DNA of 64,000 nt. It comes from a virus. The DNA is taken from positions 19,437-83,436 of IMG/VR virus record IMGVR_UViG_3300036886_000363; one strand, 5' to 3'. Of this stretch, positions 46,042 through 54,738 are shown in pieces. Numbering within the stretch: the first letter of the stretch is position 1; each line of letters starts with the position of its first letter. The position numbers and the translations under genes were made by a program. The notes beneath the pieces were generated by a model. The model saw nothing but the letters and a program-made list of their open reading frames with translations, did no database searches and was not told the origin of the DNA.

Positions 46042-46571
46042 GCAGATTATCCCCAGAGAGAAAGCAAGAAGTTATCGATTCATTTCATAAAGGAAATGGA
46101 TTGAAGAGGACTGCCAGGCTTTGCAATGTCAATAGAGATACCGTTAAGTTGATCTATCGCAATTTGAAAGAAGCGACGGGCAAAGATATAATATGTCCAT
46201 GTGGTAGACCAGTCACTCATCAAGGATGGTGTGCTCATAGATATGAATCAGCCGGACGGACAAAGAAGGTAAGAATCCGTAAACCATATATCAGTGTACA
46301 GAGGGAAAAACTAAAGGGTCTTGGAGATGGATTCAAGAGAGACAATCGTGAGAGCTGGATCAAATATATGTTGGCGAACCCTTATTATTTTGAAGAGACC
46401 TTTGGCATTGTATGGTCTTATGAAAATGTTCATACAATAGCTGACGAACAATTCTCCAAAATGAAGTGTCAATGCTGCGGGCAAGTATTTGAGATCATAC
46501 GATGCATGCCCATAAATGAATACGATCTTTTTGCCGAAGGATTTGAAGATTCCAGAGAGGCTATTCACTAA
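46038..46571 (+). CDS. HTH plus Cys/His motif protein (putative regulator)
   Basis: GNGLKRTARLCNVNRDTV; CPCG...HQGWC. Confidence 0.55.
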   Translation: MSRLSPERKQEVIDSFHKGNGLKRTARLCNVNRDTVKLIYRNLKEATGKDIICPCGRPVTHQGWCAHRYESAGRTKKVRIRKPYISVQREKLKGLGDGFKRDNRESWIKYMLANPYYFEETFGIVWSYENVHTIADEQFSKMKCQCCGQVFEIIRCMPINEYDLFAEGFEDSREAIH

Positions 46572-46729
46572 TGGCTGACGAAGACAAGATCAAGGAAAAG
46601 AAGAAAAGAGTCTTTAATTTTTTGAAGTCGGAAGGGCTCTTACAAGATAAAAGGGCTGGGACTCTTCTTATACACTACAACGACGGAGGGGTGACGAAGA
46701 TCGCAGATCATAGGGATATCCTAAAATAA
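46571..46729 (+). CDS. 52-aa hypothetical protein
   Basis: Manual translation MADEDKIK...GTLLIHYNDGGVTKI; coupled start. Confidence 0.5.
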   Translation: MADEDKIKEKKKRVFNFLKSEGLLQDKRAGTLLIHYNDGGVTKIADHRDILK

Positions 46730-46768
46730 TAAATTTACAGACGAGGGAAATTCGTTTATATAGATAGG
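46724..46768 (+). promoter_or_regulatory. Class B promoter upstream of the capsid operon
   Basis: Near-identical copy of 24932-24976. Confidence 0.8.
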
Positions 46769-46864
46769 AGAAGTATTTTTTGATTTGACACTTTTGATTG
46801 ATTAGACAAATTCATTCAACAGAAAGGATGCTCCAGATGAGATGATTATCTTTTAAAACCGGAT

Positions 46865-46966
46865 AGTTCATACCCTTTTGATCTCACAAGGATCTATGAA
46901 ACCCGCAGAACTCGATCTATAACACCTGTCACCAGCAGGTAATGATCGGCTGCGGGTTTTTATTTT
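46865..46966 (+). promoter_or_regulatory. Structured leader with terminator-like hairpin
   Basis: AAACCCGCAG/CTGCGGGTTT stem with inner GATC and ACCTG/CAGGT helices and a T-run; preceded by a TTCATA/TATGAA stem. Confidence 0.55.
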
Positions 46967-46978
46967 GGAGGAAAGACA

Positions 46979-48118
46979 ATGTTATCATCGGAAGTAAACA
47001 TAGTCAATGGAAGAGTGGTCTCGACGAGAGATGCTGGCATCTCATTTTCGATAGTTGAAGGTATTATTAAACATCATGCTCAATATGAGTGGAAAAGAAA
47101 TATTACCACTTCTGAAGCTAAAAAGATATATGAAAATGTTTCACCCTTCACTGAAGAAAATGTCGTCGCATATCTTAAACGCCATTATTATGAAAAAGAC
47201 ACCGCCGACAAATCCATTTCCTGCCCGGAATGCCAAACGCTTCTTTCAACATTGAAGCATGGGGAGATCAACAATCACATCGACGATCATATCCGCAATC
47301 TTTATAACAAGGCAGCACTCGGAGATAAGGTTACCCAGAAGATCATCAATCTGGAGAGGGCTCGCAAGAATTCGATTTATGATTCGACGGCTACAGAGGG
47401 CAAGTTTTATGTCAAGAAAATAGAGGGAACCAGTCTGTACGGTGTTTTTGAGGAAGGTCGTCCCAATCCCTTAATTCGCTTAGAGAACAAAGAAGAAGCT
47501 GAACGAAAAGCCAAAAGGATGAGAGAAGTGAGAAGAGATTCCAGAGATGCTCCCCGCTGCCAGACAAAAGATATCGGCTTTGGAGGGAAGGGTTATCAAT
47601 GCAGTATCTGCGGAGCGACAGATAGTGTCGCCGGGCATATCAAGCATGTCAAAGATGATGTTCTATATAGTGAGGGCAAGACGAAAATAAGCAAACATGA
47701 AGATGGGAAATATACAGTCGTTAAGGAAGGCAAGTATGTCGGAGAGTATTCTTCTTACGAAGAAGCATTGAAGCATGTCAAGGATGCAGGAGTAATTGGG
47801 ATAGGTTCTCAAGTGAGAGTGAATGCAGGACATCACAAAAATGAATTGGCAAAGATTATTTCCATGGGAGAAGACGGGAACAATTATAGAGTAGAATTTC
47901 CCAATGGGGTTAAAGCCATAGTTTTTCCGATGGATATTACATTGGCCAATGATGCCAAAGATGATGAAGAAGATGTTTTCACAGAGGATCCCCTGACAGG
48001 AGGATCAAGTGAAGAAGCAATTTCTCATAATATAGCTGAAATGGTTAAAGCTGGTCATCCTCAGAAACAGGCAATAGCCGCAGCAATGAAAAAAGCGGGG
48101 AAGAGCAATCAGAGTTAG
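46979..48118 (+). CDS. Putative polyprotein of head-packaged mini-domains
   Basis: Leader ...STRDA; modules separated by xxD sites; includes CxxC modules, a KOW-like module and C-terminal PL..GSS..AISHNIAEMVKAGHPQKQAIAAA. Confidence 0.65.
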   Translation: MLSSEVNIVNGRVVSTRDAGISFSIVEGIIKHHAQYEWKRNITTSEAKKIYENVSPFTEENVVAYLKRHYYEKDTADKSISCPECQTLLSTLKHGEINNHIDDHIRNLYNKAALGDKVTQKIINLERARKNSIYDSTATEGKFYVKKIEGTSLYGVFEEGRPNPLIRLENKEEAERKAKRMREVRRDSRDAPRCQTKDIGFGGKGYQCSICGATDSVAGHIKHVKDDVLYSEGKTKISKHEDGKYTVVKEGKYVGEYSSYEEALKHVKDAGVIGIGSQVRVNAGHHKNELAKIISMGEDGNNYRVEFPNGVKAIVFPMDITLANDAKDDEEDVFTEDPLTGGSSEEAISHNIAEMVKAGHPQKQAIAAAMKKAGKSNQS

Positions 48119-48793
48119 TTAAGGAGACTTATGAAAAGATTTCCATCTGAATTTTCCAGTTTTTGTTTTCCAATGGATTTCATCATGACAATTAGGACAA
48201 AGAATCTGAAGATTTGTCCTAATATTATTTTCATGATTCATATCTTTGTGATGTCTTTCAAGGATGTCAGGAATTTTATTATATCCACATTTTTCGCATT
48301 TTTTAAACTCTTTTCTATTAATGGTTTCAGAAGGTCTCGTTTTGTATTGATGATTTCTGTAACGATAATTAGCTCCACATTCGCGAGAGCAATGCTTTCT
48401 CTTTTTGTAGGGAGAATGAAGGAATGTTTTGCCACATTGCAGGCAGGCACTTTCTACTTGTTTCTTTTTTGTCCAGATCGATTTGCATTTATGAGAACAA
48501 GTTTTTCGAGGATTTGCAGAAGGAACAGTTTTAAATTCTTTGTCGCAAACAGGACATTTAATAAAGAATGCGGTTTTGATAATTCCTTTGGCCCAACCAA
48601 AAGTAGATTTTGCACATTTTGCAGAGCAATGTTGAGAGCTTTTTCTAAATACTTTTCCACAAGTAGGGCATTTCTTTTCAAACACTTTTCTTTTCTTGAA
48701 TCCAGCACATTTTTTGGAGCAGCAAGTTCTTTCTGGATGTTTGTTGGCCAGAAAATTTTTCGAACAAATAGGGCATGTTTTGATTTTATCCAT
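48119..48793 (-). mobile_element. HNH endonuclease with Cys-rich repeats, antisense insertion
   Basis: Repeated CPxC...CSxxC; CEKCG...HHKD.N..NN..NLQILCPNCH; promoter-like TTGATA...TGATATAAA just upstream. Confidence 0.85.
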
Positions 48794-48836
48794 GCCCCTT
48801 TATATCATATAGCTTAGAAGATATCAAGGATTAACG

Positions 48837-50348
48837 ATGCCCGATAAATTTCGGTTTTATATTGAAGAGCAGCTCTCTGAGAATATTGGTAGGACTCCAG
48901 AGGGGTTTCTAATTTGCAAGGATGTCCCGATCACGAGGATCGGAGAGTTCCTTTATAAGGAATCTGAAGTCCCTGTTCAAGCAGGGGCAGATGGTCTTGT
49001 TCGTATACAAAGAGACGAGCCCGATGTTTTTGCAGAAGATACAATCAAATCGTTTGAAGGGAAGCCGGTTACAATCGATCATCCCGATCAGGCGGTTACT
49101 CCTGACAATTGGTCTGATCTTGCAGTAGGGCATGCGAGCAATGTCCGTCGGGGAGATGGAGTCCAGGCCGATTTGCTTTTGGCTGATCTTACGATCACGA
49201 CAGCAAAGGCAATAGAGCTTATTGAGGCAGGGTTGAGGGAAATTAGTTGTGGATATGATGCCAACTATGAACAGATCAGTGAGGGTTATGGTCGGCAGAA
49301 GGACATAGTGGGAAATCATGTGGCTCTCGTTATGAAAGGGAGAGCAGGGGCAAGGTGTGCAATCGCAGATAAGGAATGTACCAACTGCGGAACTTGTAAT
49401 TGTCAAAACAAAAATGTGGGTAAGGAGGTAGATATGAAGAAATCTGTAGTGGACAAGCTCAAGAGCATCAAGCGTTTTCTCGATAGTATCAAGGATGCTG
49501 ATCTTGAGGAGACTGAGGAAGAGAAGAAGAAAAAGGCAAAAGATGCCGAAGAGCTTCCGAAGAAACTTCAGGATATCAAGGACAAGCATGCATCATGGTA
49601 CAAAGATGTCGAATCCGGGAAACTGGATGTCTCTAAACTTCCTATTGAGCTGAAAGAAATTAAAGATGAAGTCGAAGGCTCAAGCAAGAAAGATGAAAAA
49701 GAGACAGAGAGGGCCAAAGAAGCCAAGGATGCCGATGAGGAACAGAAGAAGAAGGATGAGGAAGCCGCAAAGATCAAGGCGTCAGACAAGAAGTTCAGAG
49801 ATCAGGAAGGAAAGATCACTGGGCTTGTCGGGAAGGTTAAGGAGCTTGTCGGCCTCATGGAAGAGCTGGCTGAGAATGACGATGAGGCGGAGGAAGCTCT
49901 GGACAAGAAAATGAGAGATGCCGAAGAGGCGGAGAAGGAGAAAGAGGAAGAGAAGGCTTTTTCCGAGAAGAAAAAGGCAGAGGATGCCTGGCCCGATTTG
50001 GTTCATCGCGTTGAAGTTCTCAATCCCGGCATGCGGATTCAAGTTCCTACAAAGGATCATGCGAAGATCATCCGGCAGATCAAGCTCAACGCTCTCAAAG
50101 GCGCCTACACAAGAGATGAAGACAAACCGACAATCGAAATCTTTGTCAAGGGCGGCCTCGTCGATAAACTCACAAATGACGGATTGGATGCAGCTTTCAT
50201 CGGTGCTTCCGAGTTGATAGCGAGGGGCAGAAATGGCGGGATTCAGAGATCGTCAATGGCCACCCAGGATTTTGCAGCGGCAAATACGGTCAGAGCAATC
50301 AACGAGAAGAATAAGGCTTTTTACGCGGCGAAGACTAAAGTCGCGTAG
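48837..50348 (+). CDS. Head maturation protease (DUF2213) with scaffold region
   Basis: TPEGFL, SFEGKPVTIDHP, EISCGY, NHVALV.GRAG..C; charged C-terminal half. Confidence 0.9.
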   Translation: MPDKFRFYIEEQLSENIGRTPEGFLICKDVPITRIGEFLYKESEVPVQAGADGLVRIQRDEPDVFAEDTIKSFEGKPVTIDHPDQAVTPDNWSDLAVGHASNVRRGDGVQADLLLADLTITTAKAIELIEAGLREISCGYDANYEQISEGYGRQKDIVGNHVALVMKGRAGARCAIADKECTNCGTCNCQNKNVGKEVDMKKSVVDKLKSIKRFLDSIKDADLEETEEEKKKKAKDAEELPKKLQDIKDKHASWYKDVESGKLDVSKLPIELKEIKDEVEGSSKKDEKETERAKEAKDADEEQKKKDEEAAKIKASDKKFRDQEGKITGLVGKVKELVGLMEELAENDDEAEEALDKKMRDAEEAEKEKEEEKAFSEKKKAEDAWPDLVHRVEVLNPGMRIQVPTKDHAKIIRQIKLNALKGAYTRDEDKPTIEIFVKGGLVDKLTNDGLDAAFIGASELIARGRNGGIQRSSMATQDFAAANTVRAINEKNKAFYAAKTKVA

Positions 50349-50394
50349 TTAGATCAACAAAAAATTAAACTTCTATTGAAGGAGGAATGAGATT

Positions 50395-51066
50395 ATGGAA
50401 CTTTTCAAAAAGTACAAAATGTTTTTCATGGTTGCGTTTATTCTTCTGATGACCGCAATCCTTTATCTGGTCACAGGGGATATCAGCCCTGTCCTTGCTT
50501 CTCCGGTTGTTATCGGATTGGCTTATAGCAACACTTTCCTTTACAGAATGCCCTCAGGAATCGCCGGCGATCTCACCCGTAAGGAATGGGCGGTTGTCGA
50601 GTCGGGGATCTATGATTCAAATTATCCGTGTTTACTTTATGGGATTCTCATCAAGTATGTCTCTGGTAAAGTCCGGCCGATAGCTGCCGCAGATGTTATT
50701 GCATCTGTTCAGCAGGGATTTTTGGTTAGGACTTACCCTCTGCAAGATCCGATGGGCACGACACAGGCTGCTGAAGCTCCCGGTGGCAGTATTGCTCCTA
50801 ATTTGACACTTGCCGCAAGCATTCTCAAGAGTGGATATATGACTGTCCAGCTTGGCAATACAGGCGGTACCGTATATCAGGGACTTACCGCTTATGCAAA
50901 CATCGCAAAGGGCGATCAGGTTTATTGCAGGAAGACCGTAAATGGAGCAGGTCTTGCCGGAGATTTGGAAGCAGGATCGGTTACAGGCAATGAAGCAATC
51001 ACCAACTGCTTCTTCCTCGGCCCGGCAGATTCAAACGGAAATACTGAGATCGCTTTTAACGTTTAA
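50395..51066 (+). CDS. Head decoration/cement protein with hydrophobic N-terminal extension
   Basis: FLYRMPSGIAG, GFLVRTYP, LKSGYMTV, GPADSNGNTEIAFNV; position between protease and capsid genes. Confidence 0.75.
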   Translation: MELFKKYKMFFMVAFILLMTAILYLVTGDISPVLASPVVIGLAYSNTFLYRMPSGIAGDLTRKEWAVVESGIYDSNYPCLLYGILIKYVSGKVRPIAAADVIASVQQGFLVRTYPLQDPMGTTQAAEAPGGSIAPNLTLAASILKSGYMTVQLGNTGGTVYQGLTAYANIAKGDQVYCRKTVNGAGLAGDLEAGSVTGNEAITNCFFLGPADSNGNTEIAFNV

Positions 51067-51107
51067 TTAATTAACCCATCAAATAAGTATTGAAGGAGGA
51101 TACGAGT

Positions 51108-52079
51108 ATGACTTACGATAAGATGACAATTGACTCAACCGGCGCCTTTCTTGTCGGAGAGCTTGAGAGATTGGATCAGAAACTTCATGAACCCCTTGTT
51201 GCCGTGACATGGGGGCGTGATATTGATTTGAGAGAAGATGTTTCGATAGCGGATGAAGCATCGAGTTACACAAACAGTACCTTCGCGGCAGTGGGCGGTA
51301 TTTCACCGAAGGGCAAGAACTTCATTGGCAAGAATGCCAATGCGATCCCGGGCATCGGGCTCGATATCGGGAAAACGGTCAGTCCCTTGTATTTGTGGGG
51401 AACTGAGATTTCCTATTCGATCCCCGAATTGCTTTCCGCCCAGCAGCTCAGCCGTCCTGTCGACGAACAGAAGTTTGCCGGTATGCAGTTGAAGTGGCAG
51501 ATGGATATTGACGAGATGGTGTACATCGGCGATACCGATTTTGTCAAATATGGTTTGATTAACTCCACAGCAGTAAGTGGTGGTTTTGTCGCGGCAGGTG
51601 CTGCTCTGTCTACGACATGGGTAAAAAAGACCCCTGCAGAGATTCTCTACGATGTCAATGCCCTGTTGAACTCCTGCTGGCAGGCAGCGGGCTTTGCAGT
51701 ATGCCCGAGCAAGCTGCTTCTGCCTCCGGCTCAGTTCTCTTATATTACTTCGCAGGTTGTGTCTACTGCCGGTAATATTTCGATTCTGAAATTCCTTGCA
51801 GAGAACTGCATTTCCAACTCGGTCAACGGCAGGCCTCTCGACATTCAGCCCCTCAAGTGGGCAACTGGTCGTGGCGTCGCCGCAGGATCTCCCCTGACTG
51901 CAACTGATCGTATGGTCTGCTATACACAGGACAAGATCAGGGTTAGATTCCCGTTGGTGCCTCTGCAGAGAACTCCTCTGGAATATCGGTCGATCTATCA
52001 CTTGACGACTTATTTCGGCCGCCTTGGAGTCCTCGAAGTGGTGTATCCAGAAACTTTGTATTTTGGCGACGGCATTTAA
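51108..52079 (+). CDS. Major capsid protein (DUF2184)
   Basis: DSTGAFLVGELERLD, TWGRDIDLREDV, MDIDEMVYIGD, DRMVCY, YFGDGI; AAGGAGG RBS before ATG 51108. Confidence 0.92.
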   Translation: MTYDKMTIDSTGAFLVGELERLDQKLHEPLVAVTWGRDIDLREDVSIADEASSYTNSTFAAVGGISPKGKNFIGKNANAIPGIGLDIGKTVSPLYLWGTEISYSIPELLSAQQLSRPVDEQKFAGMQLKWQMDIDEMVYIGDTDFVKYGLINSTAVSGGFVAAGAALSTTWVKKTPAEILYDVNALLNSCWQAAGFAVCPSKLLLPPAQFSYITSQVVSTAGNISILKFLAENCISNSVNGRPLDIQPLKWATGRGVAAGSPLTATDRMVCYTQDKIRVRFPLVPLQRTPLEYRSIYHLTTYFGRLGVLEVVYPETLYFGDGI

Positions 52080-52128
52080 CAAGTAAGCAGTACGCTGCTG
52101 AATAGCATAATTAAAAGGAGAAATAATT

Positions 52129-52845
52129 ATGTCCCCGCGAGTTACATTAAAAAGATCATTTGATTTTGAGTTCGGATCAGGGAAGCCCCCGACACCTGCC
52201 GGGAATCATTCCTTTACCGAAGAACAGATGAAACATATAGCAGTACCGGGACTCATAGCTGCCGGAGATTTGGTTATTGAAGACCCTTCGGCAGCTCCCA
52301 AACCATTAGTTTATCCAGGCCCAGTCCCGGGATCTCAAGGCAACTTGATGAATTATGAATCGAGGAGGATTCTTTTCAAGGAAGGCGGCGGGACGGAAGT
52401 AATTGTTGATAAGACAGAGAATCTTCTTGCCAAGAAAGAACTTGCATCGGCTCCCATTCCCCCTGCAGTTGCGGGAACGGAAGGTCCTACAAAACCGGAT
52501 TTCAAGAGAGATTTTGAGGAGCCGATCAATGAAGATATCACTGATAAAAAAGAAGAAAAGATTGTTGTTGATCCTGCCTCTCAAAATGGCCAAACTTCTC
52601 TCAAAAAGGAAGTTGGCGAAAAGGTCGAAGATGGATCTGCGCCCGCGGCCACCTCTGTTGAGGAATCTGGCCTTCAAAATGTTGAAGGGGATGCAACTGA
52701 AGGTAAGGGAGATGAGACAGATAAAACTGGCGATCTCTCTGAATCAATAGAGACAGAAGAAGAGAAAACCAAGAAGGCAGCTGAAGCCGGTAAAGAAAAT
52801 GTGGAAAGTAAAGAGCAAGCTCCTGTGAGAAGGAAGAGAGAATGA
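52129..52845 (+). CDS. Head-associated protein with long acidic tail
   Basis: Position after the capsid gene; low-complexity C-terminus. Confidence 0.6.
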   Translation: MSPRVTLKRSFDFEFGSGKPPTPAGNHSFTEEQMKHIAVPGLIAAGDLVIEDPSAAPKPLVYPGPVPGSQGNLMNYESRRILFKEGGGTEVIVDKTENLLAKKELASAPIPPAVAGTEGPTKPDFKRDFEEPINEDITDKKEEKIVVDPASQNGQTSLKKEVGEKVEDGSAPAATSVEESGLQNVEGDATEGKGDETDKTGDLSESIETEEEKTKKAAEAGKENVESKEQAPVRRKRE

Positions 52846-53231
52846 TAATTACCGCCGATCAGTTCAGGACAGATTTTCCGGAGTTTGCCAGTACGACAAA
52901 ATTCCCTGACGGGTGGATTGACTTCTGGGCAAAGTTTGCGGACAATTTACTTCCCGCAAATCGCTGGGGCAATCTGTTGGAAATGGGATCAGAATTGCTC
53001 ATTGCCCATAATGTCACTCTTCAGAGGATGGATATGGATTCAGCAAATGCTGGGCAGGCTCCCGGGACTGGCGATGGTCTTGCCAGCAATCAGGGTGCCG
53101 GATCGGTCTCATTAGGCATCGACACTCAAGCGACAATCGAGGATACGGGCGGCAATTATAATGCGACGATGTATGGAGTCCGATTTTTAAGGATGGCTCG
53201 TATCGTCGGTATAGGAGGCCTTCAGCTTTAA
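52842..53231 (+). CDS. Head-tail adaptor (DUF4054)
   Basis: FRTDFPEF, LLIAH, GSVS, TMYG.RF. Confidence 0.85.
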   Translation: MIITADQFRTDFPEFASTTKFPDGWIDFWAKFADNLLPANRWGNLLEMGSELLIAHNVTLQRMDMDSANAGQAPGTGDGLASNQGAGSVSLGIDTQATIEDTGGNYNATMYGVRFLRMARIVGIGGLQL

Positions 53232-53809
53232 TGCTTTCCTTCAATGCAAGAATGCAGGTGGTCGTGGACAATGCAAATAAGGTTATCCAGGATCTTTTGG
53301 ATCTTTCAAAAAAGCAGGTTCTTGTTGGAGTCCCAGAAGAGAAGGATCCACGGACAGTAAAAGAGCCTTCGAAAATTGGGAATGCAGCTCTCGCTTATAT
53401 CCATGAGAATGGATCTCCAGTCAGGGGAATCCCTCCGAGACCTTTCATTGATCCGGGGATTAAGAATGCTCAGGAAAATATAAATGCCGAGTTGTTAGAA
53501 GTGGCAATGGCACAGCTTGATGGCGATCAAGAAAAATCAGACTTGCATTTGAATCGTGCGGGATTAATTGCCGCAAGCTCTATAAAAAGAGTTCTTAATG
53601 AGGGAGAAGGATTTGCTCCGTTGAAAAGATCGACAAAATTAGCTCGATTAAGGAGACGGAAGGCAATGAGAAACAAACCCGATGAAGAGAGGGAAGCGGT
53701 CATGGAGAGTATGCACCCATTAGTTGATACGGGTCAACTCAGAAATAGCATTAGTTTTTCCATCGGAAGTAAGGATTCAATTTCATATGTAGTGGCGGAT
53801 AAAAAATGA
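53231..53809 (+). CDS. Neck/tail completion protein
   Basis: VLVGVP, NAALAYIHENG...IPPRPF, PLVDTGQLRNSI. Confidence 0.8.
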   Translation: MLSFNARMQVVVDNANKVIQDLLDLSKKQVLVGVPEEKDPRTVKEPSKIGNAALAYIHENGSPVRGIPPRPFIDPGIKNAQENINAELLEVAMAQLDGDQEKSDLHLNRAGLIAASSIKRVLNEGEGFAPLKRSTKLARLRRRKAMRNKPDEEREAVMESMHPLVDTGQLRNSISFSIGSKDSISYVVADKK

Positions 53810-54177
53810 TTAATCTTGCAAGAGTAGTAATGTCGCCGGGCCTCAATAATCAGGAACTAACTGTTTTTAGAAGCAATGGCAGTTATGTTGCCGGAAGATG
53901 GGTCGAGGAAACTCAGTTTTCTGTGACATTGGAAATCAGATGCATTGCATATCCGTCAACAGCAAAAGAGCTGGAGATGGTCCCGGAAGGAGATAGAGTT
54001 ACAGGGGCAATGACCTTTCTCACAACCGATCCTCTTTATATTACACAAGGCCCTCCTGATTCTCGGATTTCGGATAAGATCCAGTGGAGAGAAGAGTTGT
54101 ATAAAATCATCTCTGTTCTCCCATGGGCTGATTACGGATATTATATGTCTATTGGAGAAAGAGTCGCTGGTGATTAA
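53806..54177 (+). CDS. Head closure protein
   Basis: LEMVPEGDR, DKIQW; synteny. Confidence 0.75.
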   Translation: MINLARVVMSPGLNNQELTVFRSNGSYVAGRWVEETQFSVTLEIRCIAYPSTAKELEMVPEGDRVTGAMTFLTTDPLYITQGPPDSRISDKIQWREELYKIISVLPWADYGYYMSIGERVAGD

Positions 54178-54729
54178 ATGGAACTCAAAGATTTAGAAAA
54201 TTTGTTCCAATCTGTGATCGCAGGAATCACCGGACTTGATCCTGTTTCCGGGGTTCGCATATCATGGCCTACAGATGGAGCGCCGGCATGGGGAAATCAA
54301 GACAATGTTATTTTTATCAGGGTGACAGAAGACGATGAACCGATTAATAAGCAGAAGGATGAATCAATCGACAATACTCCAGACGGAACAGCTCTTGTCC
54401 AGACGATTACTTTCAACAGGGTTGATAAATTGGCATTAGTAATATATGGCCCTGACAGCTGGAAAAATGCCCAGAAAATTAGGACACAAATGTTTTACCA
54501 ATCAGTACATGATCTGCTCGCATTGCAAGGTATTTATTTGGTCACAGATATTGCAGCTCCTGTTCGATTCCCAGAGGTATGGAGCAAGAAGTGGTGGGAG
54601 CGGGTAGATTTGTCCATAAGGTTTAATGAACAGATAATTGACACTTTAATCACTCCTTATATTACGAGTGGTGAAGTTATCGTCGAAACAGACGATGGAG
54701 TAGTCCGCGCCGATATTACGGCGACATAG
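54178..54729 (+). CDS. Neck/tail terminator protein
   Basis: YGPDS...WWERVDL; synteny. Confidence 0.7.
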   Translation: MELKDLENLFQSVIAGITGLDPVSGVRISWPTDGAPAWGNQDNVIFIRVTEDDEPINKQKDESIDNTPDGTALVQTITFNRVDKLALVIYGPDSWKNAQKIRTQMFYQSVHDLLALQGIYLVTDIAAPVRFPEVWSKKWWERVDLSIRFNEQIIDTLITPYITSGEVIVETDDGVVRADITAT

Positions 54730-54738
54730 GAGGATATT

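Noticed and set aside
48131-48817. 228-aa plus-strand ORF
   Set aside because: Phe-rich antisense shadow of the Lys/Cys-rich HNH gene, which has clear motifs.
48909-52082. Long minus-strand ORFs 48909-49589 and 51303-52082
   Set aside because: Antisense shadows of the protease and capsid genes, with no recognisable motifs.
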